Assembly (NCBI GenBank): GCA_013115145.1
Contig: JAAPAO010000003.1
Location: forward strand, 62,001-126,000
Direction of reading: 5' to 3'
DNA: 64,000 bases
DNA from: Perkinsus chesapeaki ATCC PRA-425
Lineage: Eukaryota; Protista; Perkinsozoa
The stretch's first letter is position 1. Each line of letters opens with the position of its first letter. Both the position numbers and the translations under genes were made by a program. This document shows, in pieces, positions 21,801 through 32,005 of this stretch. The notes under the pieces are model-generated. The model was not told where the DNA came from, made no database searches, and saw only the letters and a program-made list of their open reading frames with translations.

Positions 21801-22400
21801 CACCAGCTATGAAGGTTTATTCAATAGCTGATGCTGCCTCGCTAGTTGTCATAGTGAATGTAGTCCAGACCGCTGCCAGTAATGTCCTTACTGGCATTTG
21901 ACTCGTAGATGGCACCAGCGTACTCGTCATGTCGTTCCGCGGAAACGTCGCCAACGGTTACTATGTTGAATGCTAATCAGAAGAGGGCCAGTCTTGAGAG
22001 AAGCTCGTGGTGGTAACCTTCGGCTTGGACGAGCGGCGTGATGCATGGTGGGACCTATAGACAACGCAATCCCGGTAGAATGCGCGATACAGTGATGTAT
22101 AATTGTAGGAAAAGCGCAAGATACTTTCACTATATCGTGGTTGGCACATTGCCTCGTCCTAATCTTAACCATAGTGATCTTATCCTAAAATATAGAACCC
22201 AACAGATAGATCATTCTAATAATATCTCTATATAGTAGTACTAATAGCTATCCATTCAGCTACACACGGATGTAAGACCAAATTGCACTATCGAACGTAA
22301 ACACGTACGAATGAAGTACTGTTCACAGTTAGCTAAGCTACACTAGTCGCGAGATACGACCAGTAGTAGTGATCCAACGTAACAAGCGATAAGTAGCACA
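12028..22400 (-). mobile_element. BEL/Pao-like LTR retrotransposon, 3' end truncated; 5' boundary approximate
   Basis: Gag-pol ORF plus downstream ORF and ~2-kb leader. No LTR pair found; the 3' side abuts the Tc1 fragment at a 29-bp palindrome. Confidence 0.75.
13048..20277 (-). CDS. Gag-Pol polyprotein, 2409 aa (3x CCHC, aspartic protease, RT, Pao-type RNase H, integrase)
   Basis: Three CX2CX4HX4C knuckles; ALFDTGAEVS; RIVLDFRALN, ADVSKAF, FGSNNAP, KYVDD. Pao-type ASLYDPLGL, ADASAEAWG, SIPRKELVA, HVPTELNYADSISR. Integrase HHCC (HYKYIHLG...CTSC), GIDVAGP, VSDN, FWER. Confidence 0.97.
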   Translation of the reverse strand: MSVFLGNSNNPTNNVNIPVNGGIDDNDYNEEWWNIQGNTNDISVAGGPPARKDQFQVQRPRGGPPNLPPRSQTTIPPWNEGTVPHTETVYLPNVRVDRSAYYVPPVGAGLPPRIVADNVSRKTKPKGDDRRRGSDTSSMTSRSDRSGRARGSGHQQRPAIDSDDCSVRIQNRRRHRPVQRSTSSSRSSSRYSHHRNRRLSRRGSRSYGLTSGTYFTPPQRETLTVNWCEGCGRRRCQDPISVKDFDTMQNVIRSMKPEKNFTGAKDARSGTTWVTEMRHETEGHPDVVRYLWLKRYTNGRVWNEMTSGTTAPSRCYRSYERQVRRITKRFQSAFDTDEHLHYTEHKFNNCIQGGGTVYDFIERLEDLSTELYHMGSPVLEYKLKWKLYQGLAAQELRVRVNDYLDDKKVDYAEFKEAVLRQQRRMTAQKSYMATGNDNSTKDYSEQRQSRRREGFSPGTRPWRRDSPMKRSDSVNSIGNGNGYSTDGSGNDKHYVCMGRDLTGFKCYRCLQRGHAAKDCLADEPTKLDKRCRSCGNPNHVTDDCKVNTDKLFCHRCQNPGHLAYACTTRLSKANGSTAKRPSTPRPSSKVHMISSTCSGERLDKRVLLKATTSPTSSNGKTSPTTSMLVGTITIEGQEIPALFDTGAEVSLITRSALRYLSPHAAVDDYIVHNIMVADGTALQVDGTVKLRISTRSIVVDDHFIVTSDDLNVPVLLGCPTLAKLRTTIRIGPHGMHVYTNDSHLPSSKAVRFDDNCMVMPLKDTDDSNDDLRQQDIHFTYKINHIKNIFLRGQPQSAPERLSDDQLLQAVLPDIILHPNIEESTPNDFNGGEGKCNHLENEPLNDLYVYYMATSTSPMVNDPHHKEFPTTIDVTCNNDKEDETLDNNDDNLPPWDALSRTWCHDETTPLGRAYVRIPWGDDSRPPFNFKNAASRGAASIRRLSAQQRQSFEEALNAYVKRGFCKIVKNNDNGPPTFDECQKAWDELTTGTAYDGTPVVKPKHYTPSHTVFRDQHPTTPCRIVLDFRALNKFTRRGGKTQNDLQGVLLLLRGLKYFMSADVSKAFCQMKGSLYDVAYSCYTCIGNYTVLWSSIAFGSNNAPCMLEACTHDVANEIDDLVTLEKTRRLPAMTTETMASTDQQLCEEQLEKVLIRPSAAGFDYINNGPVIPLKVLLLKYVDDLYFGGKTKQEAAAAYNFGTYVFNGHGFHSDPVKSFCSWLLTENDECKKKSTLGYVLRLDEDKFYAVYSGYVPDDNSTKLQACAALASLYDPLGLYVELDLQGRLIWRDICANHKSWDDVIKEDLYRRVKDWTTLCTATTTTVGYHRFIDLENLPLVISADASAEAWGVDVRCFSTTTTTRVTARGGIFPLTQSKWSIPRKELVALHHALTWLKSMSAYLPIRTCLRPHQAPLDRLSPQLPERRGVVLSDSEITVYRLRRPGRDAKLPIVERRRLKEIREMCRQLDVTVKHVPTELNYADSISRAKVSSDNGIDGTLVVKAMTVSNVAYDYTQDVDDCSTPTAGSEDEVGTPSMIYETPDSVAGFTKDFSSVTTSPVANATNDIKGCHQDDAVPTLSASIMTINVDGIDLPNYNSFTSEEKSELFALAQYARPPEEVDERLLQDGSYERCLLQCIRRSQETDEDLNDLKKALKKKTPYSHFGVKANKLRRWSQICYLDADDILRRQPSAEKFRKVDEDKNGVIYLGTGNYSRAVQRLLAVVYHYKYIHLGARRVANLIQRRFYAKRITRVVRSTLRSCTSCTKARATRKYDYIVNKVQDLLTTGLWQIVGIDVAGPYDRPSRTSNDSGDRLDPNKDYYVLLVQDYVSGFTAARPLRNIKTKTVADAVHGVFCEHGSPSVVVSDNDKVTLITKHVKKVLRRHGTKHYTLPGYGQHLSFWERSHKDMVDVVKAIRESRHSTERSNLNDSYINDFLLSVRAYNTTPRGWANVSPSELHYVYKGRLPGDQEGMNDFIDWDSLKLKFTDTDAVEALRETIPNVEALRKEVKVTLNDYMDYWRLKQERLLERYALQRESTYEPKLYDIVFTTKTGDVKVGKHLDSTWKGPSTIVKIRGSGIVDAVPSIVLPGVGGVKKKDDLNELEVPLCYGQAETFALRNVHHTPALQNIIYNYLEKGTRVYSDVDGSVRSMDVDIDNDGKLLREAKALTAYNKTNWPPTDTRDDDVESEQEFRLLRRKKPRSIENTHTDAKDADIFSGNNSGSDGNGVVNDTHDEVQGRDLSSTFANDDVAHTLDNEDDELPVEDVDGLDVPDDAMDQRSEEEDVLAVNHELSHYNVDKLRQVLGSSKRHVFGKFVTSPPPVGTLVITVNDVYHGLARILDYVKEDNDMEKAKLQPMTVCQEGVLVKTSDYHGCGLISSSVDDLIYVRPTANSLTRGRGKELTDLLTKVEQLLSQ

Positions 22401-23309
22401 GTAAAAAAAGTCCTAAAAGATCCAACATGAGGTGCCAGCCGTTTCGTAACGACGGATCCGAAACAGTTAGTAGTCTCAGCTCGAAAAGATACGTTCTGAT
22501 CTTGCGTTCTTGACTTCACTAGTGGTTTTCCACGTTCCACGGTCGGGGACCGTGCATTGTGGGCAATTTCGTGCAAACTGCAGAAAACTGCGTTGAGGAA
22601 CTGTAAGATTTGCTGAGAGAGCAAGAATACGAAAACCGTTTCAACCGTAGATAATCTCTTGTTAGGGTAAATCTTGTTGTCTATCGGACTTCCTCGGGTT
22701 ACTAGAGTTTCTTATGGTTTGCCTCTCTTTAAATAAGTTGCTCTTCAGTTCTACTTTTCAGTGTTTTCCGCTTACCTCTTGTCTGTGTTGTTTCCCCTCG
22801 AAACAGGGCTCCTCCCGTATACCGTATACATTACTCTCTTTTCATCCCAGCATGTGGTGTTGTTTTCTCGGAGCCTGCTGTTATCGGGCCTTATTAGAGA
22901 TCAACAGTTCTAATCCTCTAGGTAAGAACTAGAGGTGTCTGGCAACCCTCCGGGACAAGCAAATATTAGTCATGTCTTTATGTGAAGAATAATGTCATCC
23001 TGAAGAGGTGAGGGCAATCGAATGTCATTGATTGGCAATCATGTTGTTTATCCTCCTCAGCTTGTAAATATACAACCATGAGGTCACTGCAGCGTGAAGA
23101 TGGACACCTTTGAATTTACCTTAAGCCTTCTAGTTGTGACCTTCAATGTGGACCGGAGTGAAAAGGTATGATATAGTGGCGCGTTGAGTATATGTGTCTT
23201 TGTGACAGGAGCTCATTCAGGATTGAGATGATGGAATAGCTTGAAGACTGTTTTTCAATGATTCGCTGAGTTTCAAATTAGATATAAAGGATGGCCATTG
23301 AATTCGTGC

Positions 23310-24040
23310 GTGCCAAGGTGATTTATCCTCACAACTGCCTCGCTAGGTATCTTATCCTGTCAGGTTTTTCGCTGGTGGCTTCGATCACAATTAGCCGAAT
23401 GTCATTCCCTATGAAAATGATGATTAAACAGCTCACCCTCCAGATACATGATTATTAAGGGGCTGGTATGTGATTCTCTAATATTTACCACGGTGTGATA
23501 AACATAAACCGTTTACCTCTCATTGGCTTAGCTGAGGTTCGAGTGAGTCATTTCTGTATTATATTTCCGCCATGGTTGCTAGCAGGCCCTGGTTGAGCTA
23601 TATGTTGAATTAGCACCCCTAAAGCCACCAAGCCTCTTACCAGATCCATTCCAGTGATTATTATCGGAATTATTCGGACAGTATCATGCAGTTTGTATAT
23701 GATATATCATTGTCCATGACTGTACAACATATAATGTTAAGTTTCTTTATACAATCCTTCATTTGTGTTCTAAGTAGTAAATACACCCGTAGCAACCGCG
23801 TAATAATCATTGTTTTGCACAACGGCTGTGCCATTGTATGTGCCAAGGTGATTTATCCTCACAACTGCCTCGCTAGGTATCTTATCCTGTCAGGTTTTTC
23901 GCTGGTGGCTTCGATCACAATTAGCCGAATGCCATTCCCTATGAAAATGATGATTAAACAACTTACCCTCCAGATACATGATTATTAAGGGTATGTGATG
24001 CTATTAGTATGTGATTCTCTAATATTTACCACGGTGTGAT
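23310..24040 (+). repeat. Direct repeat of ~190-200 bp (23310-23499 and 23840-24040): duplicated intron-exon module in a decayed spliced gene
   Basis: Near-identical copies starting GTGCCAAG|GTGATTTATCC...CTGTCAG|GTTTTTCGC; in-frame stops in the exon part. Confidence 0.85.
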
Positions 24041-24563
24041 TTTTGATTTGCGTTATAAGTAGTAGATACACTTGTAGCAAGGATACACAGTGCAAAACAC
24101 TTCGGAAAGCTTATGTCAAATCACGCCGATTCAGCTCACCATCCAGTGACCCTCGCATCAAGATAGATATTGCCACCTCTTTTTTCAAGAGTTGTAGGGG
24201 TAATGATAGTGGTACTTATGGTAGCATACTGTACGGCACTCACCCAGATAGTTATGGATAGCGACTTGTTATTATCTTAAGAGTACTATGTCAAACCCAC
24301 ATCAGCGCAGGGAGCTATCTGGTGGCCTTAGTACCCCTGAGCAGACCCTCGGAGGGCCAGTGTAATATCGGGACGGGGGATGAAGCTTATTTCTTGAGGG
24401 GAATAACGTATTTTACATCATAAAAACACGAGATTCAGAATAGGTTTGCACTTTCAAACTCAAAAGTGGAAAGTATTGAAACCACAGCAATGCGACACAT
24501 TCGTGAGAGTTGACAAGGGAAATTTCGGTGAAACTTCTATACTTTTCTGCTTTTCTCATTTAA

Positions 24564-25421
24564 GTCAGCAGGCTTCCGAGGAAATCCTCCCCTCTCAGAA
24601 GAGGCGCCATCGACGTTAGTGGCTTGGATCAAGACCAACGCAAAGTCTTCCAGAAGGTCGTGACCAGCATCAGGTCGACCCTGGCAAATGAGAAGGAGCT
24701 CGAGGAGCGTTACTTCTTCATCACCGGAGATGCAGGATGCGGAAAGTCCTTTCTGCTCAAGTCGATAATCCACGAGATAGGCACCGAGCCAGCCAATCCA
24801 GTGATATTGGCGTGGACCGGAATGGCGGCGAAGCAAGTCGGTGGTTTGACGATCCAGTCGTATTTCCGGCTTGCTTTTGATAAGACAGGAATGGTCGGCG
24901 ATAACGCGTTTATGCGTTCGACAGTAGAGTTGACCAGGAGGATGGTGATGGGTATCAAAGGGAGTGACGAAGAGAAGCGCTTGAAGCGTGGCGCGGTCAT
25001 ATATGTGGATGAAGTGGGGGCAGTCCATCACAGTGTACTTGATGCTATATCGGAAACGATCAAGATTATTCGCCAAGGGATGCCTTCCAGCCACCTGCCA
25101 TTTGGCGGTCTCCCAGTAGTTCTCTCGGGAGACCCATGCCAAATAGGCAGGGTCTCCCTTTTTGAAGGCTCATCCCGCTATAGTCCTGAACAGTATCCAA
25201 CACGGCCTTTTTGGGAATCTGCTTGCTGGGGGGAGATGCGTCCAACAATAATGTACCTGACAAAGTTCAACCGAGGCTCAGATAGTGAATACCTGGGACT
25301 TCTCAAAGAGATAAGGAGAAGTACGAGCGAGGACGACGGAGTTCCCAAGTTCAGCAGCTCCTCTGTGAGTGTGCTATCAAAAATAAGAGACAGAGATGGA
25401 GGAGCAGTGATGCCGAGGTAG
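24564..25421 (+). pseudogene. PIF1-family helicase N-terminal (RecA1) fragment, divergent second copy
   Basis: ITGDAGCGKS (Walker A), AWTGMAAKQVGGLTIQSYF, YVDEVG, PFGGLPVVLSGDPCQ and LTKFNR. No C-terminal helicase motifs recognised downstream. Confidence 0.8.
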
Positions 25422-26699
25422 GGTTTAGATCAGAATATGACAATTTAAATACATCATAGCATGAATTTCATACTTATATGGCCATACCTTTTATTGCTGG
25501 TCGTGCCAGATCTAGGAAACCAACCCAATGTGGGGTGTTAAAATATATATGACTCTAAATTCAGGATTTTATCTATTTGCCAAGGCATATCATGATACGA
25601 TACTATTATATTATTGTATATTATAGAATACAGCTTTCGCGTATAATTAGTACAATATTTATGTTTAATATGTTGCATATTATTTACACATTTAACCGAG
25701 TAGTACATCATAAATGGCGCAGACTATTTTTAAATTGCCATTAATTTAATTTCACTAATCTGTCAATATTCATATGCATAGTAAAGATATTTATGATGTT
25801 GCACTATTCGGCATAGTCATGATTATCATAACATATAACAAATACATCTAAATTAGTGAATTATTACTGAGCCTAAGAAGCCTTCCTGAGCTAGACTTCG
25901 AACTAAGCATATCTAGAGATTTCCATTGCGCAACTTGCAACTGTCATACTACATTTGTGATCTATGAAACACGAGATTTATATAATATCTTGCAGCAATC
26001 TGCGTGTTGTGACAGCTCGAGGACTATTGTGGAACCGCGTAGGCGACCAAAGTCTTTTTTATAATTATAATTCTTACCTAAGTGTCTCCTGGGGTCTGCT
26101 CTGGAGTGAAAGTTTCACTGTGAAACCAATCAGGTTCAACCACACTGTTATCTGTCTGAGAAACAAAGATGCCGAAGAGCACAACCATAAGCACATCCAT
26201 AGTCTACCTGGTCCGCTTCATAAGCTCATGGCAATTGATACAGAGGCATCTCCTTTACCACCATGCTTCCAGAAGAAGGACGTTGATGGCATGGGATACC
26301 GAGCTGCAATATCTCTAACATCGGCACTTAGGAGTCCTAAGTTAGGACTGAATTTCGTGGCGAGTGACATGAACTCTTTGAAAATCGCGGAGCGAAGGAC
26401 GCCGTGCCCCAAAACTCCACCCTAACGTTTGTAGCTCAGTACTAGCAAATCACTTATAGTGTCGCATAGGTGAGTTTCCGACTGCGGTTCGCTAGACGCT
26501 ATGGCGGTTAGCCTGGTGGAAGCTAACACCGATGTAATCTATCGCGAGACAGGAATAGTCTTCAATTTTCTGGGTTGATCATTGCTCATTCGTGGCTGTC
26601 ATGTCAATGCCGCATTATGCCACTGTAGGCTAGCTTGGAGGAGCGTCGGGAAAGGGAGCTCTTCCTCAGCAAGACTTCACTGTTGTTCCACGGTGTTCA

Positions 26700-29600
26700 A
26701 TGGCTGACATCTCGCCGGATAACCTATTCAAAGCTCTCACGGGTTCCTTCTCTCCGGATGCCAACCAGCGTAGAGAAGCCGAGAACTTCATAACCGCCGC
26801 CCAGAGGCAGCAGGGGTTCATGCAGGCTCTCTGCCGTGTGTGGATCGAGGATCAGGTAGTAGTAGCTAGAGGTGTCAGAAGCCGGCTTAGCATAGCCTTC
26901 TTACTTGCTAGGTCGAATCCGTAATCCGCCAGTCAGCGGCTATCCAAGTCAAAAACGGCATTAAGAATTTCTGGTCTCGTCGGGTCCAGTATGATGGCAG
27001 TGTAATAACACTAGTGCGGTTGTTGACTGTTTGACTGGTTTCTACTCTAGGTGCAGCAGATCACCGAGCCAGGTCCCTCCGGCTACGAGTTGTGCGATGC
27101 CGATAAACAGTTCGTACTTGACAATATAGTCGACATTGCTGTTCATGCTAAGGGAGATGCCAAGCTCCGTAACTTAGCCATTGAATGCGTTCGTGAATGT
27201 ATTCGCAGAGAGTACGTTGCTCTTGTAGATCCTTCCCATCACTACTCGTTCCAGATACCCAGCCTGTTGGACCAAGCTTCTGCCCCAGGCCCTGGGTCTT
27301 ATCACTGCTACTGATGACTCGAATAAGGTAGCCGCTCGATTTGGGCTAGGATCATACAGCTTCATCAGGTTATGGTCGGTCTTTTGGTGGTAAGGAAGAT
27401 CTCTAGGGAGTTCGAAATGAAGGCCCGGGGCCGCCCCGGTCGTGAGAGCTTGGACGCAGTGGTGATACCAATCGTGCGGCCAATGTCAATTACTAGTTCA
27501 TTATTGGTAGATCGTACAGGCTCTCCCACCAATGCTTCAACTAGGAGAGAAACTCTACTCGGGTGCAGAGGCAATGGACACTCAGGCGGTAGTAGCTGGC
27601 GCGCCGCTGGCTGACGGCAGATAGCTGCTGTTGATCAGATCGACATGCTTCGCGTTATCGCAAAGACCTTCCATTCGTGCATCCAAACCTCCCTGCACGA
27701 GTCTCTCATCACTGACCATGCCTCATGTAAGGAAAAGGCAGGACGGAGGGATCGAACTTGCGCGGGTTTTTTACAGGCGGTAGATGGATGGAGTTGTTCC
27801 TGAAATGCTCGACCATGCTTACTGTTCCGGTAAACAAGCTTCCTGCCGACAACGATATGAGGCAACAGATGCCGTTGGCTAAGGTGAGATTTCGTAATTT
27901 GGCGGCGCGTGACTCTGCTGTTTCCTTGGTAGCTCCAGAAGTGGACCATGAGGAACATTCATCGCTTCATTGGTCGTTTCGGCAACCCTCGTTTGGTAAG
28001 GTGGCATTCCTGTTATATTTTCTTGACCTTCTCCAACAGGTCGCCGCCCACGAATCCGATGCGAACGTCGCCGCGGTGATGACGAACTTTGCCCAGTGGT
28101 GGCTGGACACTTTCGGTCCTGGGATGACCCAGCAGATGATAGAACTTCTCCAGAGACGGGCCACCCAAGGCATCTTCGTCAGCGATCAGGTAACAAGTCG
28201 GCGGTGAGTAGAGGTAATATGTGAGCAGGTGCTGTGCCAAGTATTTGGCTTCGTTGCGGAGGCCGTGCAGCACGCAATCACGTATAAGATAATCAAGCCA
28301 CATGTCCAGTAGGAGGGGAGCTAGTTTTGAGGGAAAGACGGTATGAGCATGCGTGCACAGGTTCCTTGTCCATGATGTTGTCCTTCCTGTCCTGGCCTTC
28401 TCCCAGGAGGACCAGCAGCTGTGGGAGTCCGATCCTGAAGAAGTGCGCCGCTCTTCTGGTTTTTAAGGGCCATTCTTATGTGTATTCAGTACATTCGTCG
28501 TCAAGCTGCCTGTGAGGCGATCTTCTCCGACCCAAGGAGCGCCGCTGGGGACCTACTCCGAGTAAGCCCTATCCGTAGCTATTAGGCGGTATCCTCTCCC
28601 CCTGCAGGCATTGGTCAGCTATCGCGGTCGCGACAGCCTCGCTGTCATTATGGTGTCTGTGTCGGCAGATCTCGACGCCTGTAGTAGAGTTGGGGACAAG
28701 AATGACATGCAGGCCTGCTGCAAGTAGGCTCGGAGCTTGGATGTGGTGATGATTGTTGGCCATCTCAGGAAGGACGGAGCACTCAACGCTCTGGAAAATA
28801 TAGCTGAACAACTAGCCATAGCCGCGGTGGACAAATCAGGTGAGGTATCTCCAGGCTGAATTGGGGAAAGGAGCGGTAGGTAAAAGCAAGAAGTCTAAGA
28901 AGGGAAAGAAGAAGCAGTCCTCGGCCTTGGAGAACCAGCTGCCTAATGTCGACTCCCTGCAGCAGATGCTGGTCAACGTGGTTCTGCCCGAATTCAAATC
29001 CCAGTGTGCCTTCCTTCGACTGAGGGCGTGCTCGACCTTTGCGGCCTTCGTCACTGAGAAAATCAGCTTCAGTAACGAGGTTTTTAACGCAGCCTTTGTG
29101 GCCACCAAGGCTTGCCTTAGCGACAGCGAGCTCCCGGTGGGCCATTGGTCTTTTGCCGTCTGCATGAAGCATCGCTCGCTTTGGTAGGTCCGCGTCCAGG
29201 CTGGGTCTTCCATCAAGGCCTTCTTCTCGGACTGCTCCGATCAAATGAGACCAGTGGTTGCCCAATCTGTACGGCCGGAGGGATGCATTCACGTCCGAGT
29301 AGCCCTGCTTAGGTCCCCGAAGTCATCGATAGGCTACTTCGGCTCACACAAGAAGTCGACAGCGAGTCATTGGCATCAACGTTGGACACTATGGCAACCG
29401 ATTTCTCGGATGCAGTCGGACCGTAATACAGGGAGCTCGGAGCGTGCTTCTTACGATGCCTTAAGATACGCTTCTCAAGCTGTTAACCATCTCGTGCCGG
29501 CTTTCTTGAGACAGATGAAGGCTGAGGAGAATGACGATGATGCTACTATGGTAGGTGGTGGTGCTGCTGCGGGGGGGTGGCTCATGATGTGGTTAGGCTG

Positions 29601-31722
29601 CCATGGGCACTATACAGACAATTCTCTCATTAATGGAGTCGGTCTTCAAGAACCCAGCTGCCCTGGCTCAGTGTGAGCAGTCTATTTGTAATACTGACGC
29701 ATCGCCACTGTTGGAGGCAATGGCTTGATCAGGCGCCCTACTGGATGCTTTATTCGTCCCTGATGGAATTGACTACCTGGAAGATGGCCTGGAGATTCTC
29801 ACTGGCGTTACCTTCACTGCGCCCCAACCCCTACCAGAGTCCCTCTGGAAGTAGCAGTCTCCCCCTCTCTCTTGGAGGTATCTTTGCCTTCTAGGTACTA
29901 CTGTCTCATGTATCAAGCATGCTGTGGTGGTAGCCTACCTGGCTTCGAGCTCACTGGACCTTTAGCGGAGGTAATGCAACCTTGGGGACTTCACTAATGC
30001 AACCTTCATTACACTACTTGGCCTGGTGGCTATTAATCTGGTATACTACTTATATTATGAGATGTGCTGTTATATACATTTATAGTTAATACTCCTTATT
30101 AATCATACCTCGTCGCTCTACCTTGTGAAATTGGGGCATGGTAGATGGAGCTTGGGTGAGTATTATCTCTCAGGGATGGGCAGCTGACTACATTGAGAAC
30201 ATGCTTGGGCCTCTGGACAACTACCTCTCTCGCGGCACACAGACATGGCTCACCGGCAGCAGCCCAACTGGTATGCGGTACACTGAGATGCTGTATAACA
30301 TAGTAATATATCGATGGAGGGGGGGAAAGGGGAGAGGTGGTGTTCAGGTAAAGAAGGGCTTCGAGATGCAGGATGACTTCGCTGCGGTACAGTCGGCTAA
30401 GATCGCCGCGCTTGTATTTGAGAACTGCAAGGCTGGTCAGGCTGATGAGTGGATCGAACCGTAAGCAGCATCAGCTATATCGGGGATATTGTAAACCCCT
30501 TTCACCATGGATGGTTGTACGACTAGTAGATCTGTTATTAGTGTAGTATATCGCTCGAACCCCATCATTGGTTCGTTTATTACAGTCTACTGCTATCCTT
30601 CGTATCTTTTTTTCCTCTCTGCCTCCCCGCGGACCAAACGGTATGGGAGGGGTACTGCTGCGGGGGATTCTCTATCATGTCATATTTGCCTTATTAATAT
30701 TTTTTTAATTCACCATCGAATCTTCATCATCTCAGATACGTCAGCTTCCTCGCCGGAGCTTTGAAGACTTGCGACAAGTCAAAGTCCAAGCAGGATCTTC
30801 TGAGGTGGATTCTCTACGCTTTTGTCATGATGCTGTGGTACTCCCCGACAGCCTTCATTGCGGTCCTGGACAAGCACAGTCTTACTCTGGACGTTCTGTC
30901 TGCCATAGTACAGGTGAGGTTGATGCTTCAACGGCGGAGCGAAGCGATACATGTTTGCCATTTTAGGGCGCCAGTTTGTTGCGCTCTCATGACGAGAAGA
31001 AGGCTCTCATCCTCGCTCTTGGCAATTTACTTCGATCGATGCTCCAGCTGCCTTCCCATGTTCAGGTAGGGTGCAGAGTGGCTGTGGTGGGTTGGGTGGG
31101 ATGAGGCGTTTGTTAGGGTACCTGCCAGAAGGTGGTTCAAACAGTCTACGAGCAATGTAAGGAGGTCCAGTCGATGAGATTGAAGGCTAAGGAGAAGGCT
31201 GCGCATAAGGGGGATGATGATGAGGACGATGATGGCAGCGATTGGGTCGATGAGGGTAGAGATTCGTGGCGTAAGGGCTTTGGGGAAAGGTGTTCTCAGA
31301 TGACGATGGGCTGATCCAGGATCTTGGTGACGATGAGGACGCCTCGGCCTCGAGACAGGTGAGCTGAGGGGAGCTGTATGAGGTTGAAAAGATATTTTTT
31401 AGGTTATGTTGATGCAGGAAGTGAGGGCACAACTCATGGCTGTATTGAGCGGTGAGGTGTCGGATGACGATGATGATAGCGATTATGATGACGATGAGGA
31501 GGACGAGAACAAAACTAGTGCTCTGGTAGGGTCTAGCAGGATTTGAGGAAGGAGCGGTATGGCTGTTGCTATTAGGACCCCTATGATGAGTTCATGTACA
31601 TGGGGGAGACTCTGTCCCAGTGCCCTGCTTTATTGCAGCAAATAGCGCCACAGGACCAAGAGAACTGGAAGAAGATCATCCAGGAACGAGCCAACCAGCT
31701 GGCGCAGAAGAAACAGAATTGA
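26700..31722 (+). CDS. IPO7: Importin-7/8 family (IBN_N plus Cse1-like), multi-exon
   Basis: SPDANQRREAE, RQSAAIQVKN, DQELWESDPEE, SDPRSAA, LRLRACS, YIENMLGPLDNYLSRG and an acidic C-terminal tract; ends QKKQN*. Confidence 0.9.
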
Positions 31723-32005
31723 AGAGCAGCGGATGAAGTTGCGAGCTCCCCGAATTGGCGTCGCTCCGCCCGCATTGTTTTATAACTGCACTCATCATTG
31801 AATAGTTTCTCCACCGTTGACAAATACCACCATAACACGTACCGCTCCTTTCCTAAATCTTGAGGAGACATCGGGGCGATGATCGGCTCGGGGAGCCCGC
31901 AAAGTAATGTACAGAATTACGTAGCAATTGTTTGAGGGTGGCGTTGAGTTTCGTGGCGCGTGACGATTTGGGCTTCTCGTAGCTGAAACCTATTTTCCTA
32001 TAAGA

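Noticed and set aside
22284-22400. Candidate 5' LTR and PBS (TGGTCTTAC) of the Pao-like element
   Set aside because: No second LTR to confirm it, and the PBS does not match a tRNA 3' end I can recognise; not called as a feature.
22343-22700. FARNCPQC on the minus strand, possible integrase zinc-finger remnant
   Set aside because: Too short and interrupted by stops to support a call.
25964-26425. 153-aa ORF
   Set aside because: No recognisable motif or continuity with the PIF1 fragment; likely spurious or decayed.
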